Assembly (NCBI GenBank): GCA_000421085.1
Contig: ATWE01000004.1
Coordinates: 175,218 to 199,217, forward strand
Source: Ensifer sp. USDA 6670
GTDB lineage: Bacteria > Pseudomonadota > Alphaproteobacteria > Rhizobiales > Rhizobiaceae
Length of the DNA stretch: 24,000 nt
Direction: 5' to 3'
Part shown: positions 8,136-16,371 of the stretch, piece by piece
Layout of the letters: every line of letters begins with the position of its first letter
Position numbering within the stretch: position 1 is the first letter of the stretch
Made by a program: the position numbers and the translations under genes
Notes under the pieces: model-generated
What the model saw: only the letters and a program-made list of their open reading frames with translations
Told to the model about the DNA's origin: nothing
The model's database searches: none

Positions 8136-9860
8136 CTAGTGGCTTTCGCGGAGAACCTCGCTGCCGCTCTTGCCCACGAGGAAATCGAGGTCCGCGCCCC
8201 TGTCGGCCTGCAGCACCGTGTCGTGATAGAGTTTGTAATAGCCGCGATGCCATTTCTGTTCGGGCGGCTGCCAGGCCGCCATGCGGGCCGCGAGCTCCTC
8301 CTCGCTGACGAGCAGGTTCAGCTCGCCTTTGAGGGCGTCGAGGCGGATTCGGTCGCCGGTCCTGACGATCGCCAGGGGGCCGCCGGCATTGGCTTCGGGG
8401 CTCACATGAAGAACGACGGTGCCGAAGGCGGTGCCGGACATGCGCGCATCGGAGATGCGCACCATATCGCGCACGCCCTTTTCGACGAGCCTGCGTGGAA
8501 TCGGCATGTTGCCGACCTCTGCCATGCCGGGATAGCCCTTGGGTCCGCAACCCTTGAGCACGAGGATCGTGTCTTCGGTGACCGGCAGGTCGGGATCGTC
8601 GATCTTGGCCTTGAGGTCTTCGATCGTGTCGAAGACATAGGCCGGTCCCTCGTGGGCGAGCAGATGTTCGCTTGCTGCAGACGGCTTGATCACCGCACCA
8701 TTGGGCGCAAGATTGCCCTTCAGCACGCGAATGCCCGCCGCCGCGCGCAACGGGTTGTCGAGCGGACGGATGACGTCGTCGTTATAGACCTCCGCGCCCT
8801 CCCAATATCTGCTGATCGGAACGCCGAAAACCGTCGGTGCGTCGGCATGAAGCAGGTGCTGGATACGGTTCATCACGGCCGGCAGACCGCCCGCATAGGC
8901 GAGATCTTCGATCAGGTACTTGCCGGACGGCATGCAGTTGACGATGCAGGGCACCTGACCGCCCACCCGGTCGAAATCCTCGAGACAGAGGTCGATACCC
9001 GCGCGCCCGGCGATCGCCAGCATGTGAACCACGGCATTGGTCGAGCCGCCGACGGCGGCATTGGCGATGATGCCGTTCTCGAAGTTCTCCTTTGTCAGGA
9101 TTTTCGACAGCCTGAGGTCCTCATGCACCATCTCGACGATGCGCTTGCCGGTCATGTGCGAGAGCGCCATGCGGCGGGCGTCGACCGCGGGCAGGGCGGC
9201 GTTCGTCGGAAGCGAGAGGCCCATGGCTTCCACGATCGACGCCATCGTCGTCGCCGTGCCCATGGTCATGCAGACGCCCGGCGAGCGCGACATGCCGCTT
9301 TCGGCAGCCATGAATTCCTGCAGGCTCATTTCGCCGGCGCGTACCGCTTCCGAAAACTTCCAGACATCCGTGCCCGAACCGATATCCTTGCCCTTCCACT
9401 TGCCGTTCAGCATGGGGCCGGAGGAAACGACGATGGTCGGGAGATCGACCGAGGCCGCCCCCATCAGCTGGCCCGGGGTGGTCTTGTCGCAGCCGCCGAG
9501 CAGCACGACGCCATCGATGCCGTAGGCGCGGATAGCCTCCTCGACATCCATTGCGAGCAGGTTGCGGAAGAGCATGGCGGTCGGACGCATCTGCGTCTCG
9601 CCGAGCGACGACACCGGAAATTCGACCGGAAAGCCCCCCGCTTCCCAGACGCCGCGCTTCACACCTTCCGCGAGGATGCGCAGATGGCTGTTGCAGGGCG
9701 TGAGCTCCGACCAGGTGTTGCATATGCCGATGATCGGCCGGCCGTCGAAAACATGATCGGGAAAACCCTGATTCTTCATCCAGGACCGATGAATGAAGCC
9801 GTCCTTGTGCGTGCCGCCGTACCAGTGACGGCTTCTCAGTTCTTTTTTCTTGTCGCTCAT
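8136..9860 (-). CDS. IlvD/Edd-family sugar-acid dehydratase (arabinonate/xylonate/galactonate dehydratase-like); candidate D-galactonate dehydratase of this operon
   Basis: 574 aa: MSDKKKELRSRHWYGGTHKDGFIHRSWMKNQGFP...CDKTTPGQLMGA...MTMGTATTMAS...GGSTNAVVHMLAIAG...RISDARMSGTAFGTVVLHVSPEA. These are IlvD/Edd signatures, and the protein is closely similar in layout to rhizobial L-arabinonate dehydratase. A strong SD (ggaaggag) precedes the ATG at 9860. Confidence 0.9.
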   Translation of the reverse strand: MSDKKKELRSRHWYGGTHKDGFIHRSWMKNQGFPDHVFDGRPIIGICNTWSELTPCNSHLRILAEGVKRGVWEAGGFPVEFPVSSLGETQMRPTAMLFRNLLAMDVEEAIRAYGIDGVVLLGGCDKTTPGQLMGAASVDLPTIVVSSGPMLNGKWKGKDIGSGTDVWKFSEAVRAGEMSLQEFMAAESGMSRSPGVCMTMGTATTMASIVEAMGLSLPTNAALPAVDARRMALSHMTGKRIVEMVHEDLRLSKILTKENFENGIIANAAVGGSTNAVVHMLAIAGRAGIDLCLEDFDRVGGQVPCIVNCMPSGKYLIEDLAYAGGLPAVMNRIQHLLHADAPTVFGVPISRYWEGAEVYNDDVIRPLDNPLRAAAGIRVLKGNLAPNGAVIKPSAASEHLLAHEGPAYVFDTIEDLKAKIDDPDLPVTEDTILVLKGCGPKGYPGMAEVGNMPIPRRLVEKGVRDMVRISDARMSGTAFGTVVLHVSPEANAGGPLAIVRTGDRIRLDALKGELNLLVSEEELAARMAAWQPPEQKWHRGYYKLYHDTVLQADRGADLDFLVGKSGSEVLRESH

Positions 9861-9950
9861 CCGAGCACTCCTTCCACGGCGATTCAGCGCAATGGAGCAA
9901 TTGTATGATTTTTCGCCGGCGCGACGCCAGTCTTTGTTGTTCGGCGGGAT

Positions 9951-10835
9951 TTAAAGTCGGAATGCTGGCTCGAAGCGTCCTTTGACCTCGATCCCGAGCT
10001 CGAAGGTTTTCCCGGCATCTGGGTCGGCTGCCCGTGCGGCGTCGTCCATGCCTTGCCAAGCCGAGGTCACCAGAAGCCGTTCGGCCTTGGCGCCGATGAA
10101 AGCCGGGCAGCTCGGCTGCGTCGCCGGCACGGCGTAGCGGGCGACCTTCCGGCCGTCGGGTTTATAGACCTCCACGGCGCTTGCGCCCCAGCGGGCGTTC
10201 CAGATCAGCCCATCGGCATCGCAGACGGCGCCGTCGACACCGCCCGGGCTCGTGCTTTCGTCCGAAAGCAGCACCGGATCGCCGGCCGGGAGCGCCGTCG
10301 CCGGATCTATGTCGACGCGCATCAGCTGGTTGACGTCGGTGTCGGTGAAATAGGCGGTAGCCCCGTCCGGAGAAAAGCAGATCGCGTTGGGAATGGTGAT
10401 GTTGCTGTAGAGCTTTGTGATGCGGCTGCCGGCAACATGGTAGATCGCACCCGCATGCTTCTCGGCGCTGCGCCCCATGGTGCCGATCCAGAGTGCGCCG
10501 CAGGGATGGACGCGTCCGTCGTTGGAACGGTTGCCCGGCTTTTCTTCAAGTGTGGCGAAATGGCCGAGCTTCGAGCTTTCGGTGTCGCGCACGAAAAGCC
10601 CCTGATCCGAGGCGATCAACTGCCGCAGGGGATCGATCACCGCGAGCACGCTGCCGAGGAAGGGCAGGGGATGGGTCGCCTTCCGTCCGCTTTCGAGATG
10701 AAGCTCATGCAGCTCGCGGCCCGTTATATTGAACCACCAGGCCGTTCCGGTGCCGGGGTCGAAGGTGGGGCCTTCGCCGAGTTCGGACGCGGATTGCGAA
10801 AGGGTGCGGCCGGAAAAGGGAACGAGATCGGTCAC
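9951..10835 (-). CDS. SMP-30/gluconolactonase/LRE-family lactonase (candidate galactonolactonase)
   Basis: 294 aa with beta-propeller lactonase character (GEGPTFDP, WWFNI, RSNDGRVHPCGALWIGTM, PNAICFSPDG, TAYFTDT, PGGVDGAVCDADG). The GTG start at 10835 overlaps the dgoA stop (GTGA), and GGAGG lies 6 nt upstream. Confidence 0.85.
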   Translation of the reverse strand: MTDLVPFSGRTLSQSASELGEGPTFDPGTGTAWWFNITGRELHELHLESGRKATHPLPFLGSVLAVIDPLRQLIASDQGLFVRDTESSKLGHFATLEEKPGNRSNDGRVHPCGALWIGTMGRSAEKHAGAIYHVAGSRITKLYSNITIPNAICFSPDGATAYFTDTDVNQLMRVDIDPATALPAGDPVLLSDESTSPGGVDGAVCDADGLIWNARWGASAVEVYKPDGRKVARYAVPATQPSCPAFIGAKAERLLVTSAWQGMDDAARAADPDAGKTFELGIEVKGRFEPAFRL

Positions 10836-11470
10836 TGCTGGCCTCCATAGACGGCATCATAGGCTGCGAGCGTCGCAATGGCCCGCTGCCGCACATCCGC
10901 GGCGCTCATTCCGGGTTTGTAAAGGCTCGAACCCAGCCCGAAGCTGCGGACCCCGATCGCTGCATAGTCGGCGAAATTGACCTCCGACACGCCGCCGACC
11001 GCAGCGATCTCGAGATCGCCCGGCAGCACCGCGCGGATCGCCGCGATTCCGGAGGGGCCGAGCACGCTTGCCGGAAAGAACTTGAGACCGCTGGCTCCGG
11101 CGGCGGCGGCTGCCAATGCCTCCGTGGGCGTGAAAACGCCCGGCATGGTCACCATGCCTCGCGCGGCAGCAAGTCGGATGACTGCCGGCTCGACATTGGG
11201 GCTCACCATCAGCCGCCCGCCGACGTCGGCGAGGCGTTCCACCTGGGCCGTCGTCAGCACCGTACCGGCGCCGATAAGGCACCCGGCCGGAGCCATTTTG
11301 ACGGCCGTCTCGATGGAGCGAAACGGGTCGGGCGAGTTCAGGGGGATCTCGATCGCCGTGAAGCCTGTTTCGATAAGGGCGCCGACCACGCCTTCCGCCT
11401 CCTCCGGCTTTAGACCGCGCAGGATGGCGATCAGCGGGCGTTTCATCGGGGGCAGGGGGATTCTGTCCAT
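10832..11470 (-). CDS. dgoA: 2-dehydro-3-deoxy-6-phosphogalactonate (KDPGal) aldolase
   Basis: Eda/DgoA-family sequence: PLIAILRGLKPEEAEGVVGALIETGFTAIEIPLNSPDPFRSIE...GAGTVLT...MVSPN...MPGVFTPTEA...GLKFFPA. I prefer the ATG at 11470 (MDRIPL...). The GTG at 11488 (GTGA overlap with the dgoK stop) is the alternative. Confidence 0.85.
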   Translation of the reverse strand: MDRIPLPPMKRPLIAILRGLKPEEAEGVVGALIETGFTAIEIPLNSPDPFRSIETAVKMAPAGCLIGAGTVLTTAQVERLADVGGRLMVSPNVEPAVIRLAAARGMVTMPGVFTPTEALAAAAAGASGLKFFPASVLGPSGIAAIRAVLPGDLEIAAVGGVSEVNFADYAAIGVRSFGLGSSLYKPGMSAADVRQRAIATLAAYDAVYGGQQ

Positions 11471-11484
11471 GTTCTTTCTTTCTA

Positions 11485-12405
11485 TCACAAAGGCCAGATC
11501 GCACGGGCGGCAGCGGAAAGACCGGCCCGTACCGCCTCATCGGCGTCGACCGTCCGGACGTTGAGGCCCTGGCTTTCGAGGGCGGTACGATAAAGTGTGC
11601 CGAGCCCACCGGAGCCGACGAGGCATACGTCCTCCACCGGGTCCGACCCCGCGAGCGCTCCGGCGATCTCCAGACCGATCAGGGTCCCGGACAATTGCGC
11701 TCTCGCGTCGGCGGCGCCGGTGCCGTGCAGAAGCTGCCCGGCCCGAACGGAGAAAAGCAGATTGGTTGCGAGCGCCGGATTATCCCTGGCGCGGCTTACT
11801 GCATCCGTAAAGGCTGCATTCCCGGCCGCGAAGGTTTCCGCTTCTGCCACCGCGTGGCTGAGGATCGTGTGGCGCGAGATGGTGTCGAAGAGCTCGCCGG
11901 TCATGAAGGTGGAGAAGCCCTCCACCCTGTCGCCGGTAAGACGAACCCATTTGCTGTGCGTGCCGGGCATGCAGACAAGATGGCTGCCGACGCCGAGATG
12001 CGCGGCAGCGCCGAGGAGCTGCGTTTCCTCGCCGCGCATGACGTCCGGATGCCGTTGGTCAAGCTGGGCAAGGCCGGGGAGAATGCGTATGTCGCGGTCG
12101 ACATCGGGAATGGCTGTGGCACGGCCGGCAATCTCGGCGAGTGCTGCCGGCGTTTCGATATATCCCGCCTCCTTCCAGCCCTGGCGGGCGCCCGCCATGC
12201 CGCAGATGATGATCGGCAGATGCGCAGGCGCAGAGGCCGCGGCGAGATGGCCGTCAAGAATCGAGTGAAAACCGGTCTTCGCGGCCGTCGTCATGCCCTC
12301 GGCGCTGCGGCGTTCGGCCAGCACCGTACCGTCCTCGCCGATGATCCACAGGCGGAAGCTCGATGTCCCCCAATCCACTGCGGCATAGTAGCCTGCCGTC
12401 GTCAA
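11485..12405 (-). CDS. dgoK: 2-dehydro-3-deoxygalactonokinase
   Basis: This is the 3' part of the 11485..12831 ORF. TTG at 12405 with GGAGG 6 nt upstream gives MTTAGYYAAVDWGTSSFRLW...ICGMAGARQGWKEAGY...RGEETQLLG...CMPGTHSKWV, the DgoK family signature. The start overlaps the SDR stop (TTGA). Confidence 0.85.
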   Translation of the reverse strand: MTTAGYYAAVDWGTSSFRLWIIGEDGTVLAERRSAEGMTTAAKTGFHSILDGHLAAASAPAHLPIIICGMAGARQGWKEAGYIETPAALAEIAGRATAIPDVDRDIRILPGLAQLDQRHPDVMRGEETQLLGAAAHLGVGSHLVCMPGTHSKWVRLTGDRVEGFSTFMTGELFDTISRHTILSHAVAEAETFAAGNAAFTDAVSRARDNPALATNLLFSVRAGQLLHGTGAADARAQLSGTLIGLEIAGALAGSDPVEDVCLVGSGGLGTLYRTALESQGLNVRTVDADEAVRAGLSAAARAIWPL

Positions 12406-13172
12406 AACACGCCTCCATCGATGATCATGGCCTGTGCGGTCATCGCCGCCGAACTGTCCGACGCCAGAAAGAGGCAGGGGCCGACGAGATCGTCGGCGAC
12501 AAGCATGCGCTTGAGGCACTGCCTTTCCTGCATCCGTGCGATCGATTCTTCCGTGAGCCACAAGCGCCGCTGCCGCTCCGTAACGATCATGCCGGGCAGG
12601 ATCGCGTTGACGCGGATATTGTCCGGTCCGAGCTTGCCGGCGAGCGATTTGGTGAGGCCGATGATCCCGGCTTTGGCGGTAGAGTAGGCGGGTATTTCCG
12701 GCATATTGAGCATGAAGGCGATCGAGGAGAAATTGATGATCGATCCGCCGCCTTTCCGCTGCATGTGGGGCGCGACCGCCTGGCACATGAAAAAGAAATG
12801 CCTGAGGTTGACGGAAAGGCTTTCGTTCCAACTCTCCTCAGTCACCGCTTCGAGCGCCTGCCGGTCGTCGCGCGCGGCGTTGTTGACGAGGACGCGGACG
12901 GACCCGAGTTTGGCGACCGCCTCATCGGCTGCGGCCCGCACGGCCTCGATATTGCGAAGGTCTGCTTGGATGAAATGCGGCGCCTGTCCGGTCTGCGCCG
13001 CGACCTTTTCGCAGAGCGCCAGGCTCGATTCCGCCGCGATGTCCACGAAGGCGACGCGGGCGCCTTGGCGGGCGAACGCCTCCACGAGTGCGGCCCCTAT
13101 GCCGGAGCCGCCGCCGGTGACCAGAACTCCGCGATCGCTCAGGTCAGGAAACTGGCTGCTCGGCAAAGTCAT
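12402..13172 (-). CDS. Short-chain dehydrogenase/reductase (SDR); candidate sugar 1-dehydrogenase of the operon
   Basis: This is the 12402..13214 ORF. The ATG at 13172 is preceded by ggggagaagcc. TGGGSGIGAAL is the Rossmann motif, NNAA follows, and the S...YSTAKAG catalytic triad context (YxxxK) is present. Confidence 0.85.
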   Translation of the reverse strand: MTLPSSQFPDLSDRGVLVTGGGSGIGAALVEAFARQGARVAFVDIAAESSLALCEKVAAQTGQAPHFIQADLRNIEAVRAAADEAVAKLGSVRVLVNNAARDDRQALEAVTEESWNESLSVNLRHFFFMCQAVAPHMQRKGGGSIINFSSIAFMLNMPEIPAYSTAKAGIIGLTKSLAGKLGPDNIRVNAILPGMIVTERQRRLWLTEESIARMQERQCLKRMLVADDLVGPCLFLASDSSAAMTAQAMIIDGGVF

Positions 13173-13207
13173 GGCTTCTCCCCGATACCGCGCCCGCGCG
13201 ATTGATT

Positions 13208-13224
13208 GTTCCAATATCCGGAAC
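13208..13224. promoter_or_regulatory. Inverted repeat GTTCC-N7-GGAAC in the SDR/IclR divergent promoter region (candidate IclR operator)
   Basis: gttccaatatccggaac was read directly. A related half-site repeat, TTCCAATAT (13209-13217) versus ATATGGAA (13236-13243), lies in the same AT-rich gap. Confidence 0.3.
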
Positions 13225-13291
13225 TTTGTTTTACTATATGGAATTATCGCGCCAATGCTTTTACCCTGTCAAGATAGCGCAGCCGAAAGCG

Positions 13292-14152
13292 ATGAGAATG
13301 AAGCGGAAGAAAGAAGACGACATGGAAGGGGATCCCGTCGGCACCGGCACGCTTGGAAAGGCAATGGCCGTGCTGGAGGCAGTCGCCATGGCCGCCGGCC
13401 CTCAGCGCTTCACGGATATATTGCAGACTGTCCGTCAGCCCCGCGGAACCCTGCACCGGCTGCTTGGCCATCTCGTCGAAGAAGGCTTGCTGGTGCAACG
13501 CCGCGACTTGTCCTACGAGCCCGGGCTTCGCCTGTTGAAATTCGCTTATCGCTCCTGGTCGGGGAACCGGTTTCGCGAGATCGCCGCCCCCTATCTCCTG
13601 CACCTGCACCAATTGACGGGCGAGACGGTGCATCTCGGCGTGCTGCGGGAGGCCGAAATCATCTATGTCGACAAGGTGGAAAGCCAGCAGACCGTGCGTA
13701 TGAGCTCGCAGATCGGCAAGGCGTCGCCGGCCTATTGCACGGGTATCGGCAAGGCGGCTCTATCGGTTCTTTCTGAAGGCGAATTGCAGCGGATATCGAC
13801 AGGAATGGAGTTTCATCCGTTCACGGCTCGAACGCATCGTTCGATCGAATCGCTCCTTGCCGAGATCGAAGAGATCCGACACGACGGCCATGCGTTCGAC
13901 CGGCAGGAGCACGAGGCGGAGATCTGCTGCGTGGCCGCTCCGATCAGCGTTCCGGAACAAGACCTGGTCGGCGGGATCTCGGTGACCGGCCCCTCCTATC
14001 GGGTCAGCTCGAAGCAACTGACCGCCTGGGCGCAGGACGTGCGCAGAATTGCGGCAGAGATCGAGGAAGAGGTCCGGATCCGGCTTGGCCCCGGGCGGGC
14101 AACGGGGGCTACGGCGCCGCGTGTCCCGTCCGACGCGCAGAGGTCGCCGTAA
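13292..14152 (+). CDS. IclR-family transcriptional regulator
   Basis: The N-terminal wHTH is GTLGKAMAVLEAVAMAAGPQRFTDILQTVRQPRGTLHRLLGHLVEEGLL. The IclR effector domain is GETVHLGVLREAEIIYVDKVES...GKAALS...HAFDRQEHEAEICCVAAPI. The start is uncertain: ATG at 13292, 13298 or 13322 are all possible. Confidence 0.85.
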   Translation: MRMKRKKEDDMEGDPVGTGTLGKAMAVLEAVAMAAGPQRFTDILQTVRQPRGTLHRLLGHLVEEGLLVQRRDLSYEPGLRLLKFAYRSWSGNRFREIAAPYLLHLHQLTGETVHLGVLREAEIIYVDKVESQQTVRMSSQIGKASPAYCTGIGKAALSVLSEGELQRISTGMEFHPFTARTHRSIESLLAEIEEIRHDGHAFDRQEHEAEICCVAAPISVPEQDLVGGISVTGPSYRVSSKQLTAWAQDVRRIAAEIEEEVRIRLGPGRATGATAPRVPSDAQRSP

Positions 14153-14379
14153 CGGTTTAAGGATTACAGCATGTTTTCCACGGAAAGGTGCAATGGGACC
14201 GCTTTACGGTAAATTAGAAGTTTCGACTGGACGAAAAGGCTCAAGATAAGTAGCCTCAATGCCGGTCTGCTGCCACGGCTGGTTGCATCGGGCGTGATTC
14301 TGGTGGAAGCCATGGCGTGGGTATGACAGCGCGAGCGTCATGCTCCAGCTGGAACGCGGATGTGAGAGGCGGGCGGAAG

Positions 14380-15120
14380 ATGATCGATTTCAGCGTGGAT
14401 GTATCCTCATTGGTCCTCCCTGACGGTCACGCTATCAGCGGGTCGATCGACAGCGAGGATGATGTCCGGCGCGCGCTGGGCCGAGTGTCGGAAGGCTTCG
14501 GTTTTCGCGGCTTCATGGTCCTCGCCATTCCCGAGTCGGGGTCCCACAGCCTCACTGCGCAGGCGCTCATGACGACCTGGCCGATGGATTTCCTCAGGCG
14601 CTACGACAGTGCACGCCTGATCGACGGCAGTCCCGTGATCCAGCGGTTGCGGCGCAGCACCATTCCTTTCACCTATGATGCTCATCTGCTGGCGCGCGGG
14701 CGTGTGGACGGCAAGGGCGATGCTGCCATATGCGTCTTCGAGCAGGCGAACATGCCGCGCGGGGTGTATCTGCCGGTCCATGATGCCGCGGGTCACCGCG
14801 CCGCCATCGCCTTCGGCGGTGACAGGTCCGCCGTATCCGATGACGAGATGCAGGCTCTTAACCTCTGGGCCGGCCTTCTATACAGCCGGCTGAGCGAAGT
14901 CAGAACCCGCGACCGACGCGGCCCGGGCAGCCTTTCCCGGCGCGAGATCGAGTGTTTGCGCTGGGCCGCGGCTGGCAAGACGACGGTGGAGATGGCCCGC
15001 ATCATGGCACTGTCGGAATATACGGTGAACCACTATCTCAACCGTGCGACGCGCAAGCTGGATTCGGTCAATCGCGTCCAGACTGTCGCCAAGGCGATAC
15101 GCGCGGGGTTGATCAATTGA
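14380..15120 (+). CDS. LuxR-family regulator with autoinducer-binding-like N-domain (LuxR solo 1)
   Basis: The C-terminal HTH is LSRREIECLRWAAAGKTTVEMARIMALSEYTVNHYLNRATRKLDSVNRVQTVAKAIRAGLI. The N-terminal region has the layout of an autoinducer-binding domain (FGFRGFMVLAIP...PMDFLRRYDSARLIDGSPV...GVYLPVHDAAG). I chose the ATG at 14380; 14317 and 14323 are alternatives. Confidence 0.8.
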   Translation: MIDFSVDVSSLVLPDGHAISGSIDSEDDVRRALGRVSEGFGFRGFMVLAIPESGSHSLTAQALMTTWPMDFLRRYDSARLIDGSPVIQRLRRSTIPFTYDAHLLARGRVDGKGDAAICVFEQANMPRGVYLPVHDAAGHRAAIAFGGDRSAVSDDEMQALNLWAGLLYSRLSEVRTRDRRGPGSLSRREIECLRWAAAGKTTVEMARIMALSEYTVNHYLNRATRKLDSVNRVQTVAKAIRAGLIN

Positions 15121-15369
15121 TCGACGCCGGCCGGACATGAATGGAGTTCTTTTCTCCCTCATCCCTGTGACAAGCACGGGAAGTGAGGCACGCGAACCCG
15201 AACGCGGCCGTTTTTCGGCGCGATCGGTTGAAGGCGGGGTCGGCTTTCATCGACACGGTCGAAATGCACAGGGTTTTGCGCATCAGAGTTGATGATCGTC
15301 AATCACCTGTTGGCATTGCTCGGCCGCTCGGGCTATTTGATAGTCGATGAATGCGATGGAACCGCACCG

Positions 15370-16125
15370 ATGCAAGAGATAATGACGATGGGGACGACTG
15401 ATATCGATCTGCCCCGGGGCGGCGATTTCGCGTCTGAGATAGCAAGGCTCGAGACCCAGTTCGACATTATTCGCTATATGCGGCGGATCACGCCGATTTT
15501 TGGCTTCAAGACGTTTCTCATCTGTTCGATCCCTGCAGTCGAGGTAGAGCGGCTCTCGGCCACCACGCTGATCTCGAACATGCCGGCTGAGCTCCTCAAC
15601 AAATATGACAGCCTTTCGATGCTGCGCTTCAGCACTGGGGTGCGCCGGCTGAGAGAGACGACGACGCCGTTTCAGATCATGCTTGAAGACTGGGAGAGGG
15701 AGGGAGGCAAGCCCGACTCTGCCGCGGATTACATCGCCATGTTGCGCGAGAACGGCATATTCCAAGCCAATTACTTCCCGGTCCACGATGCCGAAGGTGG
15801 CCGCGGCGCGGTCATCCTCATGGGCCCGGAAGCGGAATTGCCGATGACGGCGGCGATGGAACTGCAGATGATCGCGATCCACGTCTATAACCGGCTCGCC
15901 GAGATAGGCTCTGTCTGGAAGAACACCACCACGGTTCTTTCCGAACGTGAGATCCAGTGTCTGAGCTGGACGGCCGCCGGCAAGACCAGCTCGGAAATCG
16001 CCGGTATCCTCGGCCTGTCGGAGCACACGGTGAATCATTACCTCAACCATGTCACCAAGAAGCTCGACGCGGTGAACCGCACACAGGCGGTCGTGAAGGC
16101 GATGAAAAAAGGCTATATCAGCTAA
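15370..16125 (+). CDS. LuxR-family regulator with autoinducer-binding-like N-domain (LuxR solo 2, paralog of the previous gene)
   Basis: The HTH is LSEREIQCLSWTAAGKTSSEIAGILGLSEHTVNHYLNHVTKKLDAVNRTQAVVKAMKKGYI. The N-domain is collinear with the upstream paralog (FGFKTFLICSIP...PAELLNKYDS...ANYFPVHDAEG). The start is ATG at 15370, 15382 or 15388. Confidence 0.8.
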   Translation: MQEIMTMGTTDIDLPRGGDFASEIARLETQFDIIRYMRRITPIFGFKTFLICSIPAVEVERLSATTLISNMPAELLNKYDSLSMLRFSTGVRRLRETTTPFQIMLEDWEREGGKPDSAADYIAMLRENGIFQANYFPVHDAEGGRGAVILMGPEAELPMTAAMELQMIAIHVYNRLAEIGSVWKNTTTVLSEREIQCLSWTAAGKTSSEIAGILGLSEHTVNHYLNHVTKKLDAVNRTQAVVKAMKKGYIS

Positions 16126-16198
16126 GGCCTGTTGGATTCATCGGTTTTCCGCCCGCATCCCGCTCTAACCAATTGCGAGCATTTCGTCCCCAAATAGC

Positions 16199-16224
16199 GC
16201 GCCTGCTCAGGAAATGAGCAGCGC
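16199..16224. terminator. Hairpin about 75 nt downstream of LuxR solo 2 (orientation ambiguous)
   Basis: GCG(c)CTGCTCA-ggaaa-TGAGCAGCGC forms 10 bp with one bulge. Only weak U-tracts follow on either strand (plus: agtctcttgcg; minus: gctatttgggg). Confidence 0.35.
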
Positions 16225-16295
16225 AGTCTCTTGCGTATCCTCCATGGTGAAGAGCAACGTCTTGGAAAATATGTTTTTTTCCGGAAAGTGCCAAC

Positions 16296-16311
16296 TGGCA
16301 CGCATCCTGCA
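16296..16311 (+). promoter_or_regulatory. Sigma-54 (RpoN)-type -24/-12 promoter-like element
   Basis: TGGCACGcatcCTGCA has GG at 16297-16298, GC at 16309-16310 and exactly 10 nt between them. It differs from the consensus TGGCACG-N4-TTGCW by one base. It is intergenic. Confidence 0.35.
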
Positions 16312-16371
16312 TATCCAGTGCCGTGTCCAGAGGGGACCAGAATAAGACAGCGCCCAAGAAGGTCGCGACAA

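Noticed and set aside
8139-9908. 589-aa plus-strand ORF antisense to the dehydratase. Similar mirror ORFs: 5439..6356 -, 10053..10850 +, 11695..12687 +, 12363..13205 +, 12706..13776 +, 15283..16050 -, 16597..17913 -, 17923..19041 -, 18920..21064 -, 19798..21060 +, 23112..23942 -
   Set aside because: All lie opposite, or out of frame with, genes with strong family signatures. All have Arg/Gly/Asp/His-rich compositions typical of GC-rich antisense frames, and none has a credible SD or motif.
15121-15369. Possible lux-box-like dyad TTGATGATCGTCAA (15290-15303) and other short palindromes between the two LuxR genes
   Set aside because: The dyad is 12 of 14 symmetric, short, and unlike known lux/tra boxes. 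It could easily arise by chance, so I did not call it as a feature.
16214-16345. 43-codon ATG ORF (MSSAVSCVSSMVKSNVLENMFFSGKCQLARILHIQCRVQRGPE) in the LuxR-apbC gap. Also the 79-aa and 104-aa minus-strand ORFs 16118..16357 and 16122..16436
   Set aside because: Third codon positions are AT-rich (GTA, GAA, AAT, TTT, CAA, CAT), unlike every real gene here. There is no properly spaced SD, and the minus-strand ORFs start at TTG. The region reads as non-coding.
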